From Eledone cirrhosa (Eukaryota), in assembly GCA_964016885.1 (NCBI GenBank), contig OZ024742.1, forward strand, positions 46,686,001-46,750,000: 64,000 bases of DNA. The letters are read 5' to 3'. Below are positions 1 to 10,990 of this stretch, piece after piece; positions within the stretch are counted from its first letter, which is position 1, and each line of letters begins with the position of its first letter. A program made the position numbers and the translations under genes. The notes beneath the pieces were generated by a model. That model made no database searches. It was given only the letters and a program-made list of their open reading frames with translations, and was not told the DNA's origin.

Positions 1-226
1 TATAATTTAAACATTATATATATCTATATATTAATTTCAACAATGTCAGTATTCCGTGTGTCATAATTCTCGATTATCATTGGTTCATAGGTTTCAAACG
101 ACTCCGCCCACCTCAACGACGCCAAACTTAAATTAATATGCATGATGCCAATGATGGAGTGAGAGGGGAGAGAGAGGCAAAGTGAACGCTGTGTTTGGAT
201 ACACCATGAATATGTGTCAGTGTAGA

Positions 227-470
227 GACGTGTGTGTGATGTGTATGGAAATAAGAGGGGAAGAAAAGCAATAACTATGTGTGCGTGTGTATGTACGTGC
301 GCGTATGTTTATGTGCGTGCGTGCGTGCAGCGTTCCACAGAAAGTAAAAACTATCAACATATGTGAGTGTGTGCGTGTATGTAAGTGCACGGGTGCGTGT
401 GTAAGTTTGCGTGCGTGTGCGCATTTCCATGCGTGTATGTGTGTGTACGTGCGGCATCCCACAATCGCCA
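227..470. repeat. Degenerate (TG)n/(TGCG)n simple repeat
   Basis: Runs of gtgtgtgcgtgcgtgt; explains the His/Thr- and Val/Cys-rich ORFs here. Confidence 0.8.
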
Positions 471-607
471 CGCAGTTTATCTGTCTGTGTGCCTGTCTGT
501 CAGTCTAACATACACAGAGTTGTGAAGGGAGTAAATAGAGACCTTTTTTTACATTGACGGACATCTTTTATATTAATTATCTATATCTATATCTACATAT
601 AATATAA

Positions 608-727
608 AAGATTGGAACTTCCATCATCCTTTTGAGAAACGTGGAACAACCACGTCTATGCAATGATACACGTTTTACAGTCAGGCAGAAGATGAACCAT
701 CTCCTAGAGGTCACTATTCTAGGTGGG
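608..727 (+). pseudogene. Helitron/PIF1-type helicase fragment
   Basis: Translates KIGTSIILLRNVEQPRLCNDTRFTVRQKMNHLLEVTILGG, matching the recalled Helitron/PIF1 motif K.G.PI.LLRN...PRLCNGTRL....M..V.E.TILTG. Confidence 0.7.
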
Positions 728-909
728 AGCACCTACAATTGTTCATATACTATGCACAAACGGTACAACGAAAAATCTGGGTATATCTGGAAGATTTTTT
801 TTTACTGTTTTTTGTATCACACAGACAGCACGGACTCGCCTCATACTGTAACCAGACAAACATCCAATACAGTCATTTTCTCTTTTACCTGTCTTCTCTT
901 ATTATCTGT

Positions 910-1418
910 TTATTTGGTGCTCTAAAATAGCGATGTATACATGAATGTGTGTATACTATATTTGGCAATATACCGTATGTTTAATTAAAAAACATTTTGA
1001 AGACCTTACGCTATCATTTTTAATTAAACATACTGAATATTGCCAAATATACTATGCATACATTCATGTATACATCACTATTTCAGAGCACCAATCCTAA
1101 TACCTAATTTTTGCTGGACCGGCAATCGCTCTGTATAATCAGCTCCTGATTATTACTGGAATTCTATAAGAATCCAGCTTCTATAATTTTCGGCGGAAGA
1201 GGGCAGTACGTAGCTCTGATGATTGCCAAACAGCATGAAACAGACTGATAGCTTCTCTGCCTTCTTTCGCTGAAAAGAAGTAAGTGACATAGTCACTACT
1301 TTAAAATGATAGCGTAAGGTCTTCTAAATGTTTTTAATTAAACATACGGTATATTGCCAAATATACTATGCATATATTCATGTATACATCGTTATTTCAG
1401 AGCACCAATCCTAATACA
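910..1418 (+). mobile_element. Non-coding PLE-type terminal-repeat element (inverted + direct repeat) with degenerate HHR
   Basis: ~930-1020 is the reverse complement of ~1302-1391, and ~1017-1103 directly repeats ~1331-1417. HHR-like at 1212-1253: AGCT-CTGATGA-ttgc..gcat-GAAA-CAGACTG-AT-AGCT (U16.1 mutated). Confidence 0.65.
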
Positions 1419-1771
1419 AATATGTATATATTTAATATTTATTTTCATACTAATAATATTCCTACCCTCATCACATCTTTATACTTACACACCACTATAA
1501 TTTTAACCGACATCACCACCCCCACCACCACCACCACCACCACCACCACCACCACTATTTTCAACAATCATATTATGTTCATATATTCTTTTCACGTATA
1601 TATATATATATATTTTTTTTTTATTTATATATTTTTTATCATATATTTTATCATCTTCTTTCTAACTTCTTTATTATTTTTTCTTTCTTCTTTTTCTTTT
1701 TCTTTCTTTATTATTGATGTTGGTATTTGAATTCTTTGTAGTATAAATGCAAATATCAAGTATAATTTTGT

Positions 1772-1884
1772 CAGTTATTCCGATGATTTGATTAAGCATA
1801 CACCGTATTTAAGATTGAGTGACACAACTTCAAGTGATTAGCAATCTTTAGACATCCTAATCAATGAAACAATTGTTAATACTG
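1772..1884 (+). ncRNA. Type I hammerhead ribozyme motif, long stem II, CCGATGA core
   Basis: Stem I CAGTTATT/AATACTG; core CCGATGA (1780-1786); stem II TTGATTA..TAATCAA; GAAA-CAATTG-TT with palindromic stem III ACAATTGT. Confidence 0.7.
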
Positions 1885-2094
1885 TAAATATAACCCTTTT
1901 TGTACTGTTGACCATATTATTCTTCAATCTTTCATTATTATTATATTATTACTCCAAGATTAACCTGCATAGGAATTCGCCACCTAACTAAAGAAACCTC
2001 TTTTTGAGTCAAACAACGCCGTACGTTAAAACTATCCACAATACTGAGTACTCACAACCTCTAACTGGATTACCTATAACGATAATTTGTTATC

Positions 2095-2287
<193 letters not shown>

Positions 2288-2709
2288 GGAAGAATAACAT
2301 GGACAAGATTATAAACAAGGAGATTTATTTACAGTCTGACAATTGTTTCTATAATAGAGTAGTCTAAACATTGCTAAACACTAAAGATAGTGAGACTCAA
2401 TTTAAAATACATTGATCCCCATCATTTCATCGGACACTGAAAAGAATACAACATATATGCGTAACGGTAAATAAATAGTATTGATGATAAATGTATATAG
2501 AGAGAAATAAAGGAAGGGGGCAGATGGAAAGGGGGGGGGGAACGAAAATAAAGTTAAATGCATAACCAGCAAAATTCCGAAATCAAACTAACACGTCAGA
2601 ATAAATATAATATTAATAATAAAGATACGGATAGAAAGAAAAAGATAAAAGAATCAGATGGAAAGCATATCATTACGATAAAGGATAATAGTGATAGAAA
2701 TAACGGATC

Positions 2710-4856
2710 TACCAGTGAAAAATATGGGTTCAAATCCTGTAAAAATCCACCAGGCAACCAACATCTTGATGCCTTTGAACTTGATCTCATGAACATGATA
2801 AAAGAAATTAAATTCAAAAAACGAACCCATCTCAACAAACTGCAGTATAACATCAATGTACTTATAATAAAATTACATGCCACCAAGGGTATCATTGTAA
2901 AGGCAGACAACACATCTAATGTATACACCATGAGCCTTCACACATACAACAACTTTATACGCCGGGAATTACATAAAAAATACAAGAAAACTACTGAATC
3001 TGCACTCAACAGCATTAACAAGGAAGGTCTTAACATAGTAACAAAACATAAATTATCCGATAGAACTGAACCTCTAACACCTTGTGCAAAATCAGATATA
3101 GGCAAAATTAATAAGTTTATACTAGATAGAATATTACCACAAATTAAGGAGCAACTAACAATCAAGCTGTGGGGTAACACAAATGAAGCAATAGACTTAT
3201 TCAACACATTAGACAATAGAGAATCGTCCGACAATTTGACATAAATGACTTCTACTCTTCTATCTCCCCAGTCACCCTTAATAAGGTACTATCCTTTGCA
3301 CACAAAAAAAATTCGGATCTTTCAGCAGATGAGATTAAAATAATACTAGCCGCTAGAAGAACAATCATTAAATTCGACAACAGTTACTGGGAGCGAAAAA
3401 ATAGACAGAAAAACTTCGATATAACTATGGGATCAAACGACTCAGCCCAGATCACAGACTTGGTTGGAATTTATATAGCATATTTCTTACATAGAGAATT
3501 TGGTAACCTACAAGGCGGTATCTATAGAGACGATACTCTGCTTTTAGCTAGAAACTTAAATAGTCAGAACTTGGAAAGATTAAGGAAGAAGATTAGAAAA
3601 TTCTTCAACGATTTAGGCCTTATCATCACGTTTGAACCCAACCTCTTGGACGTATTGTTTAACCTTAGCTCAGGACTAATCGAACCCTTCCATAAGAATA
3701 ATGAAAATTTAGCTTACATTGACTATAACTCGAACCATCCTAGATCCATAATTAACTCTATAGCGCATAGTATATCCCTTAGAATCTCGCGCCTATCCTC
3801 CAACCAGGAAATTTTTTAACGAACATGCTAGCTACTACAACATAGCTTTACTTAAGGCAGGCCATAAAGAACGACTCAAATACATACCAGATACAAAAAA
3901 ATAGCAACACACTTAATGTTAATAATACTTCCCACAACCATAGAAACAACAAACCTAGGACTAAACGCAGAAATTGGCAGAATATACGTAATTTAAATGT
4001 ACAGAATACAAAAACCACTAGTAGCTGTAGAAGATGCAGAAATAGAAACTACTTATGGTTTAATCCAATGTTTAACTCCTCTATTAAAACTAAGCTTCTT
4101 TTCATTTTCTTTAAATTAGTTGACAAACACTTCCCTAAAAATCGTAAATATCATAAAATCTTTAATAGAAAAACTATCAAACTATCATACTCCACAGCCA
4201 ACAACATAGACTCGAACATTCACAAAATTAACTACAAAAGAATACATAATTCAAGTAGCCCGCAAATAAGTACCGTATCACCTAATACAGAACACACCTA
4301 TATTACATCATCGCAACCGCACACACGCCCGAGCACATCACCACAATACACTAACAAACCTAATTCGCAGCCCATACATAACAATCTACAAAATCATATA
4401 GTAGAACCTGCGCATAGGAAGGCATCTTTATGCAACTGCCACTTACCTGACAAATGCCCTCTACTAAATAGATGCCTGGATAAAAACGTAGCATACCTTG
4501 GAACTATCAACTCAGGTAGCTTGGCATGGCATTACATTGGTTCCACAGCTGGTGTCTTTAAAAAGCGGTGGTACGTGCACAGACATTCGATGATTAATAG
4601 GAATCAATCAAATACAACAACTCTCGCCAACAAAATCTGGCAACTCAAAAATGAAAGCATTAGATACGAGATCAGTTGGACAATACTGTCAAAAGCAAAA
4701 GCCTATCAAACTGGTATGTCCCATTGCAGGCTTTGTAATATGGAGCTTTTCCAAATTCTTAATTTCAGTAAAACCCTTCTTAACAGTAGAATTGAATGAA
4801 CTATTTTTTGCCGGCACAAATCAGCAACGAAATTCCTGAACTTTAGACCTACTTAA
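2710..4856 (+). pseudogene. Frameshifted PLE polyprotein: reverse transcriptase + GIY-YIG endonuclease
   Basis: ORF pieces EKYGFKS..LDAFELDL..IIVKADNTSNVY; MGSNDSAQITDLVG and GIYRDD (RT; Naiad-like MGS.D.A...LVG); SNHPRSII; CNCHLPDKCPL..VAY..HYIGST..CRLC..LLNSR, then CRH after an in-frame TGA. Confidence 0.88.
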
Positions 4857-5854
4857 TTCCATTTTCTTTTCCATATACCATTAGAATCTATTACGATATC
4901 AAACTATCAGCACCGTCGTCACCTTTATAATTACCAAAGAATAACTTCAGTTCCTTTGTATTTACATTATTATGTTATTTATTTCATGCATCTCCAATTG
5001 TCTTGCATTTTTTTACTTAAACCTGCTTCATCTCGATCATTTACCTTATCTCATCATGTAATACATCTTAAACTAGCTAATTTCCTTATTAAAACATCCA
5101 ATACAAGCATAAATATATCCAACATTATAATATGTTAAACTTTACATTTATCGATTTTTAATAATCATCAATAACTATTCGCAATAACATTAATAACATT
5201 AACAACATTAATACCACTCTTTCTCTTCAACACACTTATTTTTTTTATCTATTCTCGTCTCTACGTTTCATATATTCTATACAATAGATGTAAATAGTTT
5301 ATTTACTCATCTATCTGTTTATTTATTTACTTATTTACATATTTATTTATTTATTATTATTTATTATTTATTATTATATTTTTTTGTTTCTGTGCTTAAA
5401 TCTCTATTTTATATTTGCTTTCAGTCTGGTATTGTATATATTCGTCCGTCTGTTTATCTTCCTCTTTCTCTCTTTCCTATCTCTGCCTGTATCCCTATTT
5501 CCTTCTCAATCCTTCTCTATCTCTTTCTCTTCTTCCTTATTAATCCTTCTTTTTCTTTTCTACCTTCACTGCATCCACCCCCTCTTCTTTCTTTCTTTTT
5601 TTCTTTTTTTCTTTTTCTTTATATCCGTATCTTTATTATTAATATTATATTTATTCTGACGTGTTAGTTTGATTTCGTAATTTTGCCGGTTATGCATTTA
5701 ACTTTATTTTCGTTTCCTCTTTCTTTTTTCTACCCCCTTTCCATCTGTCCTCCTTCCTTTATTTCTCTCTATATACATTTATCATCAATACTATTATTGA
5801 TGTAGTAATTTGAATCTAAATATTTACCGTTACGCATATATGTTGTATTCTTTT

Positions 5855-5963
5855 CAGTGTCCGATGAAATGATGGAGGATCAATGTATTTTAAATTGAGT
5901 CTCACTATCTTTAGTGTTTAGCAATTTTTAGACTACTCTATCATAGAAACAATTGTCAGACTG
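5855..5963 (+). ncRNA. Hammerhead ribozyme in the 3' terminal repeat of the Naiad PLE (mirror copy 2332-2439, - strand)
   Basis: CAGTGT/AGACTG stem I; CCGATGA (5861-5867); ATGATGGAG..CTCTATCAT stem II enclosing two sub-hairpins; GAAA-CAATTG-TC (GTC cleavage triplet). Confidence 0.8.
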
Positions 5964-6011
5964 TAAATAAATCTCCTTGTTTATAATCTTGTCCATGTTA
6001 TTCTTCACTTT

Positions 6012-6441
<430 letters not shown>

Positions 6442-6524
6442 GTATACTCCAGTCCTACAAACTGTAGAGTGCTTCTTATCCGATATCTGCATTGCTTTAT
6501 TGTACTACAATAAAACTCACCTCC

Positions 6525-6555
<31 letters not shown>

Positions 6556-6995
6556 GGGAAAACAAATTATCCCATGTCTCTCTCTCTCTCTCTTGCTTTT
6601 ATTTATTAATTATAAGGGGTATAGATACATCGCCTAGTTTGTCCCGGCTTACGAGCTCTATACGGAAATGAAGACTAATTATACAATTAAATAGATAATG
6701 GAGATTTTTCTTATTCATATTGTTATCTATGGTGTTATTTATTTATTTAGTGTGTTCGTATTGTTTTGTTCATCTCACCGCTTTGCTTCATGGAACTGTT
6801 TCTGAGTTGTATTAATTTGTATACCACTTCTTTAATGTCCTTAAAGACCCATGAAACTAATAAAGAAAAACTTGTCGTTGCTGCTATTCTGGTTAATGTT
6901 GTTGTTGTTATGGTTGTGGGTGGGGTTGTTGTAGCTGTTGCTGTTATCGTTTAGTTGTATATATGCATATGATGTATAAGTATATAAATATATAC

Positions 6996-7049
<54 letters not shown>

Positions 7050-7052
<3 letters not shown>

Positions 7053-7213
7053 AAAATGTTAGACCCCAACGGCAGAGGTCAAGAAATAGCTGTCGAAACG
7101 GCTTGAGATCTGCCGTCGGGGTCTAACATATTCCTATTACCCACTCTACTACCTTAAGTATTGAGTACTCTGGTGCGTTATGGTCCATCTGGTTCCTTAC
7201 CACACCTCCTTCG

Positions 7214-7265
<52 letters not shown>

Positions 7266-7540
7266 CTTTCTCTTGACGCTAGCAGCTTCTCTTACTACAA
7301 ATACATGCCGATACACACACTTATATTAACATACTTTTGCTCGTAGCTTCGTACTTACATGCACACACACTCTTTTACTCACATATACACACACATTTCT
7401 TCTTAGCTTCGTACGGACCTATAATAACACACACACATGCACATACACACACACACACACGCACACACAAGCTCAGGTATAGCTCTTTTTACAAAACATT
7501 TTTTTTTCCATTTCAGGTAGACGCGCGCCATCATCTCTCT
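7050..7540 (+). repeat. Hairpin-headed repeat; inverted copy at ~10350-10770, direct copy at ~10772-10990, fragment at ~16701-16735
   Basis: Shared text ttgagtactctggtgcgttatggtccatctggttccttaccacacc; ORF-track peptides 7161+ and 10433- begin identically. Confidence 0.85.
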
Positions 7541-7556
7541 CTCACTTTCTCTCTCT

Positions 7557-7692
7557 AGAGGGTCATGTTGTAATAATATTGCCAGAAATAATAACAGAAC
7601 ACACTCACTGTTTGGTTGGGTTTCGCTTCTGCATCTTTTATATCTCCATATTTAATTTATTTGGCAATCAATGTTTATCATTGACTGACCAA
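7557..7692 (-). repeat. Dispersed repeat, inverted copy at 17887-18020
   Basis: agagggtca..taatattgccagaa.taataacagaacacactcactgttt..tgactgaccaa matches the reverse complement of 17887-18020. Confidence 0.75.
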
Positions 7693-7727
7693 CGGTTAAA
7701 AATACAGATATAAATATATATATATAG

Positions 7728-8880
7728 TCTAACAAAGTTCTTTCGTTGCACATCTACAACATCATCAGTGATGCTAATATCATGTTTCCTCCTATTGTGT
7801 TGTGTTTACGCCATTTTTATTTTATTTATTTATTTATTTATTTATTTTTGTCTCCGTCTCTGCGCCTGCGTTTGCGTGTGTGTATAATGTTTGGTGTGTG
7901 TGTTCGCGTTTGGACACCCAAACGCGAACACACACACCAAACATTATGTGTTTTGGTTTTTGTATTCTATCTTTGTTTATTAGTGTGTGTTTTTATGTGT
8001 TTGTTGTTATTGTACTTGCTTATTTATTTATTTATTTATATTTCTCTTAAGTCAGTATTGTTTGTTTGGGTATGGTTGTTGATGTTATTCTACTCAATTT
8101 TTCTGTTTAACTTTGGCTTTCTAAGCTCTATTTCGCTCGCTTCTCTGATTTGCCTACCTGTTTGGTCATTTCTATGTTTAGATATTATTTTAATTTCTAT
8201 GTTGTCTTTGTTCCCGTCATGATTTTGTCTGGCGTGTTCGTATAGTACTGAACCGTTTTTTTTTGTCCTTTAAATTCCCCCCAATGTTGGTCTATTCTTT
8301 CTCCTATGCTTCGAGCTGTCTCACCTATGTATGTCGTTGTCATGTTTCTGCAAGTACCCTCTGTACATCTTATGCTATAGACTACATTTCTAGTTTTACA
8401 GTTTATCTGGGGGTTCATTTTACATATAACACATTTCTTATTTGTACAGTGGGTTTTCTTAAAGGGGTATGTTTTGCTGATCTGGATTTTATGGTAGTTG
8501 CTGGCTTTTCTACCACTTTAATCTTTAAGTGCGTCTTTCTTGGGGCTTTTCTACATTGGTTAGCTAATTTCCCCCCAGGGGTAGCATCCAGGTAGCATCC
8601 AGGTAGCATCCCGGGGTGATACTCTGGCATCTCTGGTTGTCGTACTATGAGGTGGCTTTCCCTATCTTATGTTTAGTCCAATCTAAGCTATTCCATGATT
8701 TGCTCCTGTATAATGGGCAAATTCCTTTCATGTCCAGTTCTATGAGAGTCTTATACTTCTCCGTGGCTCCTTTGGATACTCTGATTCTGTCTCTTTAGTT
8801 GTAGCCAGAGAACTGCATGCGGTTGATGAAATGTTGGGTGTGTCTTTCCATTCCTGTTGGGTTGCATATGCGGGACACGT
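7728..8880 (-). mobile_element. 5'-truncated PLE (non-Naiad): RT thumb + GIY-YIG + 3' HHR motif
   Basis: CKTRNVVYSIRC..C..YIGETARSIGERIDQH (8197-8418); upstream RMQFSGY..GICPLYRSKSW. HHR-like CTGATGA-T-GTTGTA..TGCAAC-GAAAG at 7728-7775 next to (TA)n. Confidence 0.8.
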
Positions 8881-8915
8881 TATTCATTACTCGTACCAAG
8901 TCTGCCTGTGTGTGG

Positions 8916-8963
<48 letters not shown>

Positions 8964-9266
8964 ACATATAAATATGTTCAATGTGGTCTACCTTTCGTGG
9001 TAGGGGCTATACTATAGTTAGAATTCAATGTAATCTGTCAGAAAGTAATTCAGTGAGATCCGGTGATTTGTTCCATTGGGTATTAGGTACGTAAATCATA
9101 GTTTTGTATTTCTCTGAGTCAATCTTTTAGATATATCATATAATAGGTTTTTTAACTATGATAACAAAGGCAAGTTATTTTACATATCCTATATCGTAAA
9201 ACGATGAATAGGATATGTAAAATAACTTCCCAATGTTATCATTGTTAAAAAAATATTATAATATAT

Positions 9267-9299
<33 letters not shown>

Positions 9300-9433
9300 A
9301 GTAAGTATGTTTTGAAACAGTGAGCAGGTTTGAAATTAGAAAATAGATTAGTTTTCACCGTATTTTTGACTAAAGAAATTTTAGCCTGATAGTGGGGTTT
9401 AGAACCCTCAGATTAATGGAAAAAGATGAGTAC

Positions 9434-9504
9434 TAACGTACATGGGAGTCGAACCCACATCTTTGGTTATCCAGACCACTGTGCTACCATTACACCAACA
9501 CATC
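9434..9504 (-). tRNA. tRNA-like cloverleaf (anticodon position GGA), probably repeat-borne/pseudo-tRNA
   Basis: GATGTGT-TG-GTGT AATGGTA GCAC-A-GTGGT CTGGATA ACCAA-AGAT-GTGGG TTCGACT CCCAT-GTACGTT-A; A and B boxes present; TTTTT shortly downstream. Confidence 0.6.
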
Positions 9505-9813
9505 ACCCATATCCTTCCATTCAAATTAGAAGTTACATTCTTAGTGAGTATAAATGACAAGTAAGTATGTTTTGAAACAGTGAGCAGGTTTGAAATTAGA
9601 AAATAGATTAGCTTTCACCGTATTTTTGACTAAACAAATTTTAGCCTGGAGAGTTCTAAACCCCAGTATCAGGCTAAAATTTCTTTAGTCAAAAATACGG
9701 TGAAAGCTAATCTATTTTCTAATTTCAAACCTGCTCACTGTTTCAAAACATACTTACTTGTCATTTATACTCGCTAAGAATGTAGCTTCTAATTTGAATG
9801 GAAGGAAGTGGGT

Positions 9814-9884
9814 GATGTGTTGGTGTAATGGTAGCACAGTGGTCTGGATAACCAAAGATGTGGATTCGACTCCCATGTACGTCA
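9814..9884 (+). tRNA. tRNA-like cloverleaf (anticodon position GGA), second copy
   Basis: Same 71-nt cloverleaf; acceptor GATGTGT/GTACGTC; G53->A in the T stem; followed by atactcatcTTTTT (Pol III terminator-like). Confidence 0.55.
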
Positions 9885-10167
9885 ATACTCATCTTTTTCC
9901 ATTTATCTGAGGGATATATATATATGTATATATATATATAAATGGAAAAAATGAAATTTCATTTCTCACTCTTAGTACGGCTGATACTTAAATATAAGTA
10001 TGTATACGTACATACATATATGTATATACATACCTCTGTATGCTTGTATACATATATGTATGTACGTATAAATACTTATATTTATATATATATATATATA
10101 TATGTGCGTGTGTGTAAAAAGGTAAACAGAAATAACAACGTTAACGCTTGATATAGCAGGAAGAGGG

Positions 10168-10203
10168 TCTTAACGTTTCGGACGCTAGTCCTTCATCAGA
10201 AGA
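10168..10203 (-). ncRNA. Minimal type I hammerhead ribozyme (PLE-type)
   Basis: Reverse complement TCTT-CTGATGA-A-GGAC-TAGC-GTCC-GAAA-CG-TT-AAGA; palindromic ACGT stem III. Confidence 0.8.
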
Positions 10204-10575
10204 AAGAATGAGAAATAAAATAGATTGAGGGGACGGGCGGGATGGAATTGGAAAAAATGTCTTTAGATAAAAATAACAGGTCCATTCATGTTGACATCTC
10301 TTGCAAAACTGTTGGTGCTGGCGTTTTGTGTATGACTTGTTTTAGAAAAGTGGATGATGGCGCGCGCCTACCTGAAATGGAAAAAAAAAACCGTTTTGTA
10401 AAAAGAGCTATACCTTAGCACGTGCGTAAGCATCAGTTTGTGTGTGCGCGCGCGCGTATGTGTGTGTGTGTTATTATAGGTTCGTACGAAGCTAAGAAGA
10501 AATGTGTGTGTATATGTGAGTAAAAGAGTGTGTGTGCATGTAAGTGCGAAGCTATGAGCAAAAGTATGTTAATAT

Positions 10576-10990
10576 AAGTGTGTGTATCGGCATGTATTTG
10601 TAGTAAGAGAAAGCGATATATATATCTATATATATAACGAAGGAGGTGTGGTAAGGAACCAGATGGACCATAACGCACCAGAGTACTCAATACTTAGGGT
10701 AATAGAGTGGGTAATAGGAACAATTTCAAACCCCCGACGGCAGAGCTCAAGTCGTTTCGACGGCTATTTCAGAAATAGCCGTCGAAACGGCTTGAGCTCT
10801 GCCGTCGGGGTCTTGAAATCTTTCCTATTACCCACTCTACTACCCTAAGTATTGAGTACTCTGGTGATTTATGGTCCATCTGGTTCCTTGCCACACCTCA
10901 TTCGTTATATATATAGATATATATATATATCGCTTTCTCTTGATCACTAGCAGCTTCTCTTACTACTAATACATGCCGATACACACACTT
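10576..10990. repeat. ~415 bp near-perfect palindrome centred at 10771
   Basis: ctatttc-a-gaaatag centre; arms match out through internal TA tracts. Confidence 0.85.

Larger units (their letters stand above)
9299..9913. mobile_element. Tandem + inverted ~260 bp unit in (TA)n carrying a tRNA-like gene
   Basis: 9405-9648 is inverted relative to ~9670-9913; 9299-9388 directly repeats 9559-9648; both ends flanked by TA runs. Confidence 0.85.

Noticed and set aside
4797-4799. In-frame TGA near the Naiad GIY-YIG C-terminus as selenocysteine (some Naiads are reported to encode selenoproteins)
   Set aside because: It aligns with a Leu-type position (LN.R.EL...CRH), not Cys. The conserved Cys codons are TGC/TGT, no SECIS was seen, and the copy has other disabling mutations.
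9150-9260. Small imperfect hairpin beside (TA)n
   Set aside because: Probably another fold-back stub, but there is no ribozyme motif or second copy to support a call.
9360-9415. HHR spanning the tandem junction of the tRNA-bearing unit (CTGAGGG..GAAAGCTA)
   Set aside because: A9 is missing and stems I and II are not supported.
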